Positions 24,971 through 40,228 are shown, counted from the first letter of the stretch. The stretch is 64,000 bases of DNA from Eledone cirrhosa (GCA_964016885.1 OZ024742.1:116250001-116314000); one strand, 5' to 3'. Translations and numbers: made by a program. Notes: a model not told the origin generated them from the sequence alone.

Positions 24971-26997
24971 TTAGACTGTATCTATGATTCAATAGGCCTT
25001 TTTTGTCATTCACTGGTCACGCTGAATCTGCCTGTCGATTATATTAAATGAGCGTGTTCTGTAAGTATTCTCAGTCACTTACGCGTTAATTCTAATAGTT
25101 GACTGTTCCGTTGATCAAACAACTTTGAATAATCATTGCTGAGCCTGGTTGAAGTCCATTTGCTTTATATTTATAAACACAGTATATGTGTATGAGTGTG
25201 CCCTTTTAGTAGATAGTATATGCAAAACCGAACATTGATATGATCCTTTTCTCTGTATAACACGAAATACTTTTCGAAGACAGAAATGTTCATATTTACG
25301 GCAAAGCCTTTACACTTATCCCCAATGGAAGAACTTAACTGGTTGAATCATGAATACTGAAATGCAAGCTATTATACTCCGTTTTAATTGTTCTGATATC
25401 AACATTATGATATACAAAAGAATAATTAATTTGCAGTAGATTATATCTGTACAGTGAGTCACTTGTTGACACGTGACTTCTATTTGAAGTCTCCACAGGA
25501 GAGTTATGTTGGCCTGTAGCAGAGCTATTTGGACGATAATGTTAGCTTATAACGATAATCATTACATTTCTCAAACAGAATATTTTACCAAGTTATAAGA
25601 GCGTGATTTTCCGTCTATATTTACATTATGAGTTCAAATTCTACTCTCATCAATTTTAAGATTTAGCTTTCCGGAATCAATGAAATAAGTAGCTAATTAA
25701 ACACCGGTTAACCCCCCCCCCCCTGAGCTTATTTAGGACTATATGCCTTCTAACTGTATTGTATAATTTGAGGTAAGTGTGTATCTGAGTCAACATTAAC
25801 TTATTTATGTCCTTCATTTAATGTTTCCCCATTATACAAGTGAGAATTTAGCCATACATTTACCTGTCTCTCAATCATTAATCATGTATAACTCTGTAAC
25901 TTATCGTGTTTCTAATGAATCAGCAATCAGTCAAAGGTTTTGTAGAACTAAGATAAAAAATGTTCAAATCATGCTTACACTGAATGTATTTAATGTATAA
26001 TATATCCATGACTTCATTGTCTGCAATTCAAATATATCGTTTCGAGAGACTCTAATGCTATATCAATCTGGTCCAGTGATCTTATAGCGTAATATTTCTC
26101 AAATTAGGAGATACAACCATTTGAAGGTGATTGGATATACAAGAGTGGCGCTGAGGGACAAGGGAACTGAAGGGGTCATTAGATGGTGAGGTATGGTGAG
26201 AGAGGAAAGAAAAATTATACATCTTACTCGGTGCTCTTAAAAACTGCCACATTTATTTATTTAGTAAATGTTTTTAAAACATTTTTTAAATTATTAATAT
26301 TTAACTTTTAATTTATAACTTCTGGCCAACATTACAGGGGGAAAGGCACTCATCGAATGCATTCCTTTCAAAGATATATTGTTTCAAAAAGGTTGAGAAA
26401 ACTTTGATGTAAATAATTTCTCAGTGATTTCCTTGTCGGATAAACAACTACATTGTCTTCAAAGGAATACCAATTCTTAAATAATTATTAAATGTTATTA
26501 ATATTTATTTATTAATTTATTCTGCTAATGTTTAGGAAAAGAAAACAATACAAATCCAGTATCTGTTATTTTTTTTTATTATTATAATCAAATTCGAATT
26601 CAGAGTTTGTGACGGGATATTGCAAGTACTTACGTTTACACATGTTTCTCAGATCAAAAGATCCGATTTTCAATAAACCCATTCTTATATTTTGTGATAC
26701 TTATGTAACTCGTTGACAAATTACCAGTAACGGACCACTAGCCTATACATTAGGCTCTATGTGGTTCTTTAATCTTCTAGAAATAGCAGCCAAATCATGT
26801 GTAAAACAGTTTTTCATCATCTTTAAAATGTAAATTTAAATCAAGTAATTTAGTCTTCGATATGTTATATCAGAAAATAGAAGATATGATCATGAGTAGA
26901 ATCAATGTTATCATAGGTCTGCAATATCACCAAAAGCAAAACTTTCAGATATTGTTTTCGAGATTAAATTAAAAGATCAATACTAACAAGCAATGGA

Positions 26998-27188
26998 AAT
27001 AATTGTTTCTACTTTTGGCCCAAGGCCAGCTATTATCCAAGTGCATTACTGGCACTTTATGTTATCGACCCCGTAAGGATGAAAGGCAAAGTTAACCTCG
27101 GCGGGATTTGAACTCAGCTCATAAAGGGAGGTAACTCTATGCTTCAAAGCATGGCGTCCGATCCTTACCGATACTGCCAATGCACCAT
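26998..27188 (-). mobile_element. tRNA-derived SINE, same family as 18425-19000
   Basis: Collinear match over its whole length. Confidence 0.85.
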
Positions 27189-27574
27189 AATAGTGAGTAC
27201 ACACACGATCCTTGAAATATATATAGAGCAAGCACGTCCAGATCAGATATGGTCGAATAGCTGTGAATGTTCACTGCGCAAACGCATATATAAGGATTAA
27301 ATCCTAATATGAAGCAAAGTTATCATCCAGCCACACAGGGTGAGTGAAATCCAAAAGGACTGATTGTATTTGTTCTTGCGTGTTAACCAAAATTGAAATA
27401 CAATTCAACAATACCACCTGTCCTTTTCTTCCTTTATCGTAGTCAATCAATTGCAAGCATTGGAAACAGTTGCCCTGTGTGACGATATCTATATATCTTG
27501 TGGTTTCTCCCTTATTTTGTTTTATTTAAACTTAATTCGGATGCACACTAAAGGTTCTCGAGGACTAATATGTC

Positions 27575-27720
27575 TTCTCCTCTTCGTTACCCATTTGTTG
27601 CAATGAGGGTTAGGCTACTGACAATAATAATCCACGTTTCTCTGTCATAAGACATATTCCGTTGTGCATCGCACGCGTACTTCACCTCATTGGCATTCGC
27701 CCCTAGGACTATACACTATA
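27575..27720 (-). mobile_element. Old RTE-like LINE 3' end fragment
   Basis: Minus strand PRGR-like and MSYDRETW..IV motifs resemble RTE C-termini. Confidence 0.35.
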
Positions 27721-28351
27721 TAACCATTGGGGATAACAAGTAAGAACTTGCACAAAACACTGACATTTGGCTTGGAGGCTTATGTATCCAAAGCATGAAA
27801 GCTCCTTATGCGTATATCATTTTTGTTACCTAAGATCCCGGACAATGGGATCGAATCCAAAGCAACGTAATAATAAAAAAGTCTTATGCGAAGCAGTCCA
27901 ATAGGCCGACAAATACGGTATATTATTATTGATAATTTAGCATTAAAAAAATATATTTCTACGAAAAAAGTCATAAAAATATCGCCGAAGATATTTACAA
28001 TTCCGCGAATATGCGGTGGTTTCCACGAAGAATTATTAGCTAGATACTAAGAAAAATTCCGTGAATAACCGGGACCGCGAATATCGGGCCTGCAAAAAGC
28101 TGGGGGTACACTATATATAAATGTATATATATATATAGATATATATATATATATATGAGGTATAGAATTATCCTGGATCCAGTAATGGTTAATTACTACA
28201 CTGGATAGAGTTGACGTACGGTGAGAGGTTACTCAACGTGTTATGGAAGAATAGTTGAAGAAACTCAGTTCCTGATCCTTCTGTATTCCGGAGTGTAGAT
28301 AAAGAATGAATAATAACAGGTAGACATCATAAAAAGGTAATTTATTATGTG

Positions 28352-28463
28352 TGCTTACAAATATTTCCACGGTGGTTATACAGCCTAGTTATGCTATGTG
28401 CAAATGTATAACTATTTGCAAAACTCAATTATCAAATGCTGTGACCACTGTATCATCAGAGCA
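28352..28463 (-). ncRNA. Type-I hammerhead ribozyme motif with long stem II in PLE 3' tail
   Basis: Minus strand: TGCT CTGATGA TACAGTGGT CACAGC...GCTGTAT AACCACCGTG GAAA TATTT GTA AGCA. Confidence 0.7.
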
Positions 28464-28964
28464 GAATGGTTAAAATGTAAAATGTAAATACCCCTAAGTG
28501 AGTTATTGGGGAAGATAGAGTAGAAAAGGAAGAGAGAAAAAAAGATAAGAGGGAGAGAGAGATATATGCAGGGGTTGGAGGAATGGGAAAGAGTGGTTTG
28601 TAGATATCTTAATCAAAATGTTGGGGTAGGGTTTTTATTATACTGGTTATTCTTAAAGCGACCACCTTAAGCGATGCGTTGATAGTCAAGGTTGGAATTA
28701 TTTATTGCCACAGAGGGCAGGTTCATAGATGTGGAGAGGGAGTGAGGTGGACCTAGGGCGAGCGAGAGAGCGGAATGGAGAGAGAGGGAGAGATAGAGAG
28801 CGGACAGACGAAAGCTATGGGATGGGTGTACATTGAGTTCATAGTAGTAGGCTACAAATTGCACTAAGTTTCCATTTATAGTGATAAGCAGGGTATTGTC
28901 TTGTAGTGTGGGGGAAGAGAAAGTGGTTAGCTAGAAAGCAATGTTATAGTTACGGGTTCGAATG

Positions 28965-30500
28965 TTAAGATATTTTATAGTGAAAGAATTTAGCCTTCAG
29001 TTTGTGGTTGCAGTATAATGATCGTTCGATTCTATGATTTAGTAATTTATTTTTGGATTTTAAGATGTAAAAGAGTTCAAGGTTACATAACCTACAGTAC
29101 TTAAATCCACTCCGATATGCACTAGCGCTGGAAAGTATATTCCATTTCAAGGTGAACTGTTGGTTGCGTTCACGGAGTTGCCAGGTCTTGTTGGCGATCG
29201 TGGTCACAAAACGGTGATTACGATATTTAATTGAGAATCGATGACGATACCAGCGAGATTTAAAGGAGGTAGTGGTAGACCCGATGTAATACCATTTCTG
29301 GTCGTTCGATTCATCAGTGCATTGGTAAACAATGTTGAACTTTAGGCATTTATTCTTTAATGGACATCTTTCAGGTAGGTGACAGTTACAGTTTTTGTTG
29401 TGGGTAGCGTGTATACCATGGATAGGTTGGGATAGCAGTACAGGTGGGTTGTGTAATACCCGTCTTCCATTTAGTGGTTGGGAGGCCGATATTACGTTAT
29501 GCTCATCTGTTATTAAAATATTTTGTTTTGTAGTGTTGTTTAATTGCTTTAAGTTAAGTTCTTTTATGTATGCTTCAAGGTTTGGTGCCGTGGAGTATGA
29601 TAGTTTAATAGATTTAGAGTTCACAATTTTACTGTATTTATGGGAACTAGGGAAATGGTTGTTGATTAACTTAAAGAATGAAAGAGATAATTTTGTACTA
29701 ATCGAAGCATTAAAAATGGGATTATACCAGATATACTTTCTACAACGTGATTTATTTGGTGATGATTTTCTATTATTACTATGTCTAGTGGTACTGCGTG
29801 AGTGCGCTTGTATTTCAGTAACCCGGTTACGTATTCTTTGATTTTGTGTAGAGCTATGTGTGTTATGGAGATTATTATCAATGTATTCTATTGTATCCCG
29901 GTGGTTGGCATTCCTTAATGCATTATTATAGTATTCAGCATGTTCACTGAAAATCTCAGAGTCAGACGATAGGCGAGAGATTCTAAGAGAAGTACTACGG
30001 GGAACCGATTTGATCATAGAAAATGGGTGGTTTGGGTTAAAATTGGTATAGGTAAGGTTCTCATTTATTTTGTGGAAGGGTCGTATCAGTCTGGTATTTA
30101 AATTAAGAGTTACGTCTAGAACATTTACTACTTTAAGATTGTGTTCGTACGTTATTTTTAGACCCAGTTCACTAAAAGATTTTCTAATGTTTTTCCGTAG
30201 CCTTTCAAGATTTTGGTTATTTAAGTTATTAACTAATAGGAGCCCGTCATCTCTATATATTCCCCCTGTAGATTACTAAATGTACCATGTAGTATGTGGG
30301 CTATATAAATTCCTACAATATCGGTGACCTCCGCTGAGTCGTTGGAGCCCATGGTAATGTCGAAGTTTGTGAGTCTGTCCTTACGTTCCCAGTAGCAGTT
30401 ATCAAACTTGAAAATAGTTTTTCTAGCCTCTAGAATAATATTAATTTCGTCCTCCGTTAGCTCGGAATTGACTTTAGCAAACGATAGGGCCTTACGTAAA
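28965..30500 (-). pseudogene. PLE RT thumb plus GIY-YIG endonuclease, frameshifted and truncated
   Basis: ORF 28965-30017 contains CNC....CPL..KC...NIVYQC...YYIGST...FKSRWYRH and CRLCNLE...ILK. ORF 30233-30664 holds RT motifs in its element-derived part. Confidence 0.88.
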
Positions 30501-30544
<44 letters not shown>

Positions 30545-31488
30545 ACTCAATATTCCATAGGTCTCTCCCATCATAGAGAGAAACAATTCATTAGAAAATA
30601 CAACAGTATAAGTGAGATTTATATATTTTCCTTCTTCAACGTGACAGGGCACACATCGAAGCATGAGTAGATGGAACGAGTTAATGAATTTGTAAATAGA
30701 AATGTTGATTGAAAATAAACAGCTTTAACCGAGAAGGCGATCAATCAACATCGATATACTGTTCAGTATAAACAACTGATAAAACATCTCATTACTACTA
30801 AAGTTTTACAGGTTTTCTTTGATCACATCTCTCAATTTTTCGGTTTCATATATTATATACTTCTTGAAATTCACCATTGTTATTTGCATATTGTGCTGGA
30901 AAAAATCAACTTTAGTTCCGATGCTGCATGATGTGGATATATTGCGATATTCTTTACGTTTGCTTAGATTCGTTGATTAACGGAAGTTCACCAAAATACA
31001 TTACATTTAGATATTTTATGTTCTGTAAAAATGTATGATATTAGAATTTATTAACAGTATTGATAAATATATGTAATGGCATTAAAATGCTATTATATAT
31101 GGTGACGAATTGTCTTGATTTAAGCGGTTATTTGAGACAGTCGTTAGAATGGCTATTTGTCTGTTTTCCGTTATTCGTAGCGGTTTTCTTCATTTTGAGT
31201 TGAAATCTCACAGCAGTAACCACTACCTTCCACTTTTTTGAGGGTCGATAAATACCACTCCAGTATATGGTTCAATTTGTCTTCTTCTTCTTCTTCTTCT
31301 TCTTCTTCTTCTTCTTCTTCTTCTAAAAGTAAAGACCCACCAGGGAGAGAATTTTGTCAATATAAGTTCTAAAAAAAATGTTTAATATTACAAACACACT
31401 CACACACGCACACGCGCACACGCACACGCACACGCGCGCGCAAACACTCACACATACACACACACACATACATACACACAAACACACT

Positions 31489-31519
<31 letters not shown>

Positions 31520-32559
31520 TTATATCTATATATATATACACGCTGAACGGACTGGCAAGATCATTAGAGCCCCGGAATAATGTGCTGTGTTATTTCTTTT
31601 GTTTTTTCTACACTTATTTCTAATCCTGCCGAGGTTTACCTCGCCTTTCGTTCTTCCGGATTAAATAAGGCACCCATCGGGTACTGTCTTCAGTTTAATC
31701 TTTTCCCTCCAAACTGTTGGATTTGTGTCTAAACTGGAAAACATTATACGCATATATATATATATGTTTATTATTCTTTTTCTCATTTCAGTCACTTGAC
31801 TGTAGCCATTCTGAAGCAATACTTACAAAGATTTTACCTATTTTATTGCTGCTTTCCCCCCAGACGGTTGGCCTTGGTTCTAAATGATAAACCATGGCCA
31901 TGCTGTTACTTATTTAATTGATCACATTCGGTGGAACGTCATAGTCGACCTGGACTATGGAAAGGTAAATAATTAGAGTGTAATGAAATACCATAATATC
32001 CTTTGTTTGACGCACCGATTCTGTCATCTGTCACAGATATATAACGAGATTTCCGTCAGCTTCAATTTACAAAATCCCATTTAAAATGCTTTTGATGACA
32101 CGTTTATTTACTTTTACCCCATTTGATACCAACCATCCTGAAACAGCTCCGGGTATTCTTATACAAAACTGCTCATTTTAAAGTATTCACGTCTCAACCA
32201 AAAACTAAGTAAGATTTCAAACAATAGCTTAATAATGAAAGATTTTAGCTGGTTTACTAAATACTTCAAAATCTTTATCATTTTCAAAGTATATTGAAAC
32301 ATGGGTTATTGGTATGCCTTCGATCTGTTTGATTCTGTGTGTTAAATAAAAGTTGATCTTCCATAATATATAAGTATTATAAGTAAGCATATGATGCGTG
32401 GGAATCGAACATTTAAAACGGTATAATTCGAAGAATACAAAATATTTTGGAAGACATATATGCCGAATAAATCTAGCTGACAGTTTAGCAATAGGTTTAC
32501 CTGAAACGTCAAATATTCTCCTCGCCAAGGGATAATATCAACGCATGTTGTACTTGTAT

Positions 32560-32656
32560 ATATATATATATATGCAAATGTATAAATATATATATGTATA
32601 TATATATTTATCTCTCTCGCTATCTTTCTCTCTCTTTCTCTCTCTCTCTATCTCTA

Positions 32657-32694
<38 letters not shown>

Positions 32695-32736
32695 AATATA
32701 TATATATTTTTATATATATATGCAAATATATATATA

Positions 32737-32806
<70 letters not shown>

Positions 32807-32807
32807 A

Positions 32808-32843
<36 letters not shown>

Positions 32844-32856
32844 TTGTATATATATA
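32560..32856. repeat. (TA)n-dominated compound microsatellite
   Basis: Read directly. Confidence 0.95.
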
Positions 32857-33734
32857 ATCTTGACATTTCTACTAATGTAGTTTAAGATCACTTTGTAAAG
32901 TATTTTCCGTTTTGGTTTGTTTTGTTTTTACTGTTCTAAAACTTTGGAATAATGTAAAGTATTTCCCTCGATATTGCACGATGACATAAATGTAAAGTAT
33001 ATTCAGCGTAGTTTTGGGATTTTAGCAAAGATACACATCTTCTCTTAAAACACTTCAGATATCATGCAGTCCAAAGAAAATAATATGTAACAATCAGATA
33101 AGGATATTTAATCTAGAGAGTCAATCGCTATTTTAGGCGATATTTTCAGACATTTTGTTTTTACAAATTTTTTTTGTTCCTCTCCCAATGCAGTCCCAAC
33201 TTATATTATTTACTTTGTATGCATAAACACGCAATGTAATGTAACTTCTGTGTACATTTCGGTGACAAGAACAATCAATATAAATTAAGGATATATAGGT
33301 TAAAAACAAAATATCATACCTGAAGTGGAATGTATTTATGATAATATTTGCAATGCAATCGTAAGATAAATCCAAATCTACATGCAAAGGTTTTGTTACA
33401 AATGGGCATATACACACACACAATATCACCTACACAAAGTCAAATACAAACACAGACACATACAAACATACATATTAATGCAGAGAAAAACAAAACAAAA
33501 AGGGAGAGAGCGAGAGAGGTGAGAGAGAGGAAGTATATATATGAATGCATATGATGTGAAAAATACTTATTCATAACGGTATACTTTAGCAATTTCGATA
33601 AATGACTATTTGTCGTTTTACTTTTCTTTCTGACTTAGGGCATTTCTGATCCAAGAGCCTATAATCAAAGGCATTTCAGTCACGATATCGTATCCAATTT
33701 CCATAAGTATGTGTATATATAATGGATATATGTA

Positions 33735-33935
<201 letters not shown>

Positions 33936-34311
33936 ATTGAAGTTTGGCGGTTCAACACAGAATAAAACTGGTCGTTACGTATAGTTAATCATGATGTATA
34001 GTAGAAAAGCGCTCGACGTACGCAACTCATCCATCTTTGATGTTGGAATCCTGTTGGTCGTGGAAAAACGGAGTTAATGATCATTGAGTAAAATGACAGG
34101 AGGCCGGAGTGGTGAAATACCATCAAAGTTTTATTTCAGTAAACACTATATACATTTCAGTGACCAAGCTACGTGCAATCCAGATGACATCAGCAGCTGG
34201 ATAGTGCATAATAGTTGTGTAATAAAGGAATAATGTTAAACACAATCCTAGTGCCTCTAAGGAGAGAAAGCAGAGAAATGAAATGCACTCAATAATAATA
34301 ATAATAATAAT

Positions 34312-34357
<46 letters not shown>

Positions 34358-34567
34358 TTGCGATATATATATATCGTAATACTATATATATATATATACA
34401 TGTGTGTGTGTGTGCTTTATATATAATTCATTTATACGTATTCCCAATGTTGACTGTGTAAGTTTTGAACATTTTTACACTTTTATATATTGATCATTAC
34501 ATTAAATGTTGATATTCTATCTACTATTGTAAGTCGGACTTTGCATATGTGCATATTTATGTATATA

Positions 34568-34638
<71 letters not shown>

Positions 34639-34695
34639 ATATATATATATGTGTGTGTATGTATATGCTCATGCGTGCATATACATACACACACG

Positions 34696-34726
<31 letters not shown>

Positions 34727-34754
34727 GTATATATATATATTTATATATATATAT

Positions 34755-34800
<46 letters not shown>

Positions 34801-34868
34801 GTGTATGTGTGTATGTATATGCACGCATGTGTGTGTGGGTGTGTGTGTATTTGTATGCATGTATATAT

Positions 34869-35625
34869 ATATGAGAATGTGTAACTCCGACGGCAGAGCT
34901 CAAGCTGTTTCGACGGCTATTTCTGGAATAAATTAGAATTTTTAGCGTGGTAATTAATTGCCGAACTTTTCAAGGGGTAATTCCTTATATGGGAAGCTTG
35001 TAGTTGTCAAAAGTTTAGGTCGAAATTTCTTGTAAACACAATTAAGTCTGTCTTGGTGGTAGGTGGGTGGTGGGGGTGGCTGAAATGTAGAACAATGAGT
35101 GGGTGGGGAAATCTCGGCATACATATGTAGATGTACTTTTTTTTTTTCTTTTTCCCTTTATCTCTTCTTTTCACTTCCTTCCACTCCCTCTCCCCTTTCT
35201 TTTGCTTTTTCCTCTTTCGCCCACCCTGAGGCAGCCCATCGGGCTTTTTTAGCCTCAGTACCCTCACCTCAGTAAATTTTATATAGCATTGGCCAAAAAC
35301 GCAATGCCAGCTAAAAATATAGCAGCTGCTTTAGACTCTAGAGATTTTTATTATTATTTGTTACTATTTAACTTTTTTATTATTTTTTTTACTTATCTTT
35401 TAATTTCAACTTATTAACCTTTTAATGTTATAACGTCCCAAATTACCCCTTGAAAGGTTCAGCTATTTATTACCACGCTAAACATTATAATTTAGTCCAG
35501 AAATAGCACTTGGAACGGCTTGAGCTCACCCGTCGGGGTTAAACATTCTCATATTACCCACTCTACTAACCTGACTATTGAGTACTCTGATGCGTTATGG
35601 TTCCTTACCACACTTCCTTCGTTAT
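34869..35625. mobile_element. Non-coding PLE-like element with about 114-bp inverted arms carrying variant hammerhead folds
   Basis: Arms at 34869-34982 and 35441-35554. Consensus CCCC TTGAAAA G..CGGCTATTT...AAATAGCCG TC GAAA CGGC...GCCG TC GGGG. The tail is shared with 20043-20128. Confidence 0.75.
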
Positions 35626-35663
35626 ACACACATATATATAGATGCATACACAAACACACATAG

Positions 35664-35741
<78 letters not shown>

Positions 35742-36270
35742 TGGTGTGTGTCTGTGTGCGCGTGTGTGTATGTGTGTGTGTGTATGTATGCATGAAATTG
35801 AATGACTTCTTCATTTTACGAACCACTCTGTATTTTTTCTGATGGAGAAATTTTGCAAGAAGTCACTTGTCATGACAACATTGAACTCCTAGACAGCCTA
35901 TGCAGTCTTATTCACTTGAAAGACCAAAATATTTACTTTAGACCCCCGACCGATGAAATACAATAGCTGAGATTGCCTAATATCTGCTGACGCTATGTAT
36001 TTCTCTGCATATAAAACTTTTAATAACTGTTATAAGCATAACATTGCATAGAAGCAGAATTCACCCAGGAGATATATATACGGAGGTATATTTACCAAAA
36101 CATTGCATAATACACTGTAACTTACTAAATGTGTGCATTTTGTATTTCATGATGCATTTTCACAACACCAAGTATATTATCTCATTGAGTAAGTCGGTCT
36201 TGACCGGAAATCGGTGACTTTGGTACACTATGTATGTGTAAATATATATATATAAATATATATAGGGAGA

Positions 36271-36335
<65 letters not shown>

Positions 36336-39300
36336 GACAGAAAGCGAGAGAGAGAAATGGATACAAACCTTGATTGATAGGTATGTATATATTTACATAT
36401 TCATTTTAGCCAAGAAGGGAAGAACAGTATCCAAGATCCTTTTCGGACCCTTCACACCTGGGTAGCTTTACGGAGGTATTCTCAAACTTAATACTTGGCT
36501 GGGATACTTGCAATAATCTGGTCCCTGCTAAAATCACTCCAGATTCATGTGGTGATGTTAAACTGTACGACGAACTATATCTGCAACCCAAACAGTGTGA
36601 ACAAATACTGCAACTCTAAGTATTCCATTAATCCACAGCTGTAGTCCAAGGAAAGATGAAAGCCTACGTTGTTTGAGACGAGATTATGATTGTGAGTGGA
36701 GAAAGCCAAAATAGTTGAAGGTATTCTGTTTTCCGCTATAACGACTCTACACATTCGAATACATTGTAAAATGCACCTTTCGCTGCTTAATATGACGCGG
36801 TGTAATTCAATGTGGTTGGTCGAGCAGACAATTAATCATAGAAATGACATAGCCCAACCCTTGCTTTTGTGTAAGTTATAATGTATTCAATACTATATTA
36901 TAGGATACAATTGTTCCATTCCTTTATATGGCAGAAGGATAGAATTTGAAGGAGCTATTCCTTTATTTATTCGTATCCCATATATAATTAGTATTGCATG
37001 CTTCCGGGTCCAGTGCACTTTAGCATATCCCCAATCAAACCAAGCATGTGAGTAAATTTGCCTTGGCGGGAACTGTTTTGAAGACCGACACTTGGACGGC
37101 ACCTGAAATTCAATTGCTCAGCATTGTAACAAGATGACTTCTCTGTGGAATTACATTAAAGGTACACGCATCTGTTGAATACTCCACAAAATACATATTA
37201 CTCAAATGAGTTGGGCGTTCCTCTAGAAGAATAGCTAGAAATGCGACGTCAAAACCGACTGAGTTTCATCTATCTATTCATCTCCTTGATTTTCCAGAAG
37301 AATAGCATAGAAAATATGCTTCGATTATTTTGCCGTTCTAAGCATGTTTTATGTTTTGTTCGAATTGTTAAATTGTATATAATTGATATTTGATATTTAT
37401 ATCTAAATCAATATTTATTTTATTTTAATGGGTATGATATAGACTGTTGGAATGCTGGGCGAAATTGATTTTCTTGACACATGATCTTGTTCATATCAGA
37501 AATGTAAATTTCAAACTAGTTAGATTAAATCACAGTCTGTAGTCATCGTACAAATTTAATATATGTCAAGTTAATGAATGTATGTACATACATTGCACGT
37601 CTTAAGGTACGGTGTTTTGCATTTATGTGACTGAAAGTTTGCATGGAGTCTCATCATAAGGAAAAACATCATGGATTATGTTACATTTTTTATATTTCGT
37701 ATTAGCCTTGGACAGGCCGAGTATGCAGATGTAAGGTACAATTTATTAAATCCTCCAATATGTCAATGATATTTATTTGTCTTGGGAATAAACAAGAGCA
37801 ACTTGAAAGCTACGCCGATTTGAACGAAACCCGTAAAGAGCTATGTCTATACTCTGAGTGCCATTTTGTTTGATTAACTACCGTTACTGGCAATTCATCT
37901 CTCTCTAATGTACCTGGTGTTACCTGGTCCGAGGAATTCCCTTGCTCTAGGATAATTGTCTTATGTGAAACACATTCGGATATATATTGATTTTCATCTT
38001 TCTAAGTTTGATAAATTAAGTATTAGCTGCAGACTAGGTATTCATTTAATCGACTTTTAGACGGTTCAGAATGTGAAACAAACTTTTCAATTGCAATCCA
38101 CAATGAGAGTATTGACTAATTTCTATTTTGATTGCTCAGTTTCACTCACAAAACTCCCAGACCACTCCCACAAGGAGATTATTTAGTTTATTGAAAAACG
38201 CCCATTAACAAACACGCTATAAGCCTTAGCATATAATGGAGCTGCACCACTCCTTTACAGTTTAACTTTTAACGCTACTGTAAGGCTTCTGGTCCACTGA
38301 TCCATCAACTTTATAACAACTCATTCGATGCAGCCACCATTACTTTTCATTACATATCTACGTGAAGTAGCACGGGAGTCTCTACATAGTTGGTCAATCT
38401 TCTAGAAATAATAGCCAAAATCTCGCTTAAACTTATGTTTCTAAACTCATTTGCACCGTTTGTCGCCTCGACACTTCATGATATTTAATGCCTTTCCTCA
38501 ATGTAAAATTATGTTTGGTGTTGCAAAGATATTATATTGGAAAAATACTTCGAGCATGTTCAAATATTCAAATGAACTACCCTAATCTTTAAACAACAGA
38601 ACCAATTAAATAAATGTAATCCCGCATTCACAATATCTCAAAGAAATAGACTGAGTAATATTATTTAGAATGACTTTGATGATTGATCTTCCTTCGATTC
38701 AAAATGAGCTCTCTAATCACTTTGACATTACTTTAGTTGTAAGTGTGCAGCAAAATATCGAGATTAATTTACTCGCCTTATTAATTCACTTTTCAAGTGT
38801 AAAATAGTTTAAGTAAATGTTAAAAGTTTTGTTAAAGTAGAACAGCATTCTAAAACACTAATTGCTTGGCAGCGAAATAGTGTTGCAGTAGTTGTTTATT
38901 CGTCTGAAAGTTTAATTTATACCCAATCGCAATAATTATTTATCAATGATACCGAAACTATTTATAATGTATTTTGTTTCAGCTTCTCAAGCGTTGAAGA
39001 AGTAATGGCTTAATAATTTACATTGCTCATTCAATTGCAATAAAATGCTTCATAGCACTAAAACAATTAGAAGTAAATAAACACAATTCTAATTTTCAGC
39101 TTATCTCTTAGAATGTGTTCCTCTCGGTCTCTCGCTCTCTGCCTGTATATGTTACTCCATCCCCCTTTCACTTTCTTTTTCTCTCTTTCTCTGTCATTGT
39201 AACCAAAAGAAAACAATGTTTTCTTTTTTATAAAAGCCTCATTATCTAATTGATTTCTTATACGTGTAGGCAATTTAAGAGTTAAATTAAATGTTGTTAG

Positions 39301-40132
39301 CGAAGTACATACGAGTGAATATGTTAAAGACAGTTGTCTATGAAATGGAAAAAGCCCGAGGAAATATATAAAGATTAGTTGTACAATGAAAATGAAATAA
39401 AAAGACTACTTGATAGGAAACAACAAATTGAAGGAAACAAAGACATATAATGGAAATAAATGCATTGAACATGTTTCCCCAAAAGAGGGAAAGCCACCTA
39501 TGCCCATTCAATGAACGTATCCTATTCTGACTTACCTTACTACAAACACCAAGAGCCTCTTCTTGATGTGCTCTCCATCCCCGTATGCTCAGACAATACT
39601 CGTCAATGTTAAAAATGTTTCAACAAATCAACCGAACAGCAACATTTCTATGTTCAATGATATTTATCTTATGGGTACAAGAATGTGCACTGTATGAGAT
39701 TATTGTAGATGTATACTTATAGTTTCTTCTTTGAGAGTAATCACAATGTGTTTATACTGATAGAGTGATAAGTGACTACTTTTAATGCGTTTCGTATATC
39801 TTTCTTATATCTCATTGCTAATTTGGTAACTTTCACTCATATACTTTATACTATCAAGTCACATTTTGAAGTGATATAACATTTATAATGGACATTGTTT
39901 AACGTGAACTATCACGAAAATATTTCCAGGCTTATAAAACATATCATATGTTAAAATAATTGACTTTTTCTCTTTCGGTGGTTTTGGAAAGTGTGCACTA
40001 CTTCAATATAGAAGTGTAAAACAAATAATTCTGATATACACAAAGACAATTCGTATAAATCCATATTTATTCGAAATGCTCTTATCCGTGTGGTTTTAGC
40101 GTGGTTCATTGTGTTGCAGAAATAATAACGCC

Positions 40133-40164
<32 letters not shown>

Positions 40165-40174
40165 CAATAATAAC

Positions 40175-40228
<54 letters not shown>

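Larger units (their letters stand above)
28158..30500 (-). mobile_element. 5'-truncated Penelope-like element inserted in (TA)n
   Basis: RT motifs FDITMGS and GIYRDDGL, a C-terminal GIY-YIG domain, a 3' tail with a hammerhead, and (TA)n at both ends. Confidence 0.9.

Noticed and set aside
27780-28112. Possible Tigger/pogo-like MITE end
   Set aside because: No matching second terminus could be identified.
30500-30664. N-terminal part of ORF 30233-30664
   Set aside because: It reads through the (TA)n tract into flanking DNA and is not part of the PLE protein.
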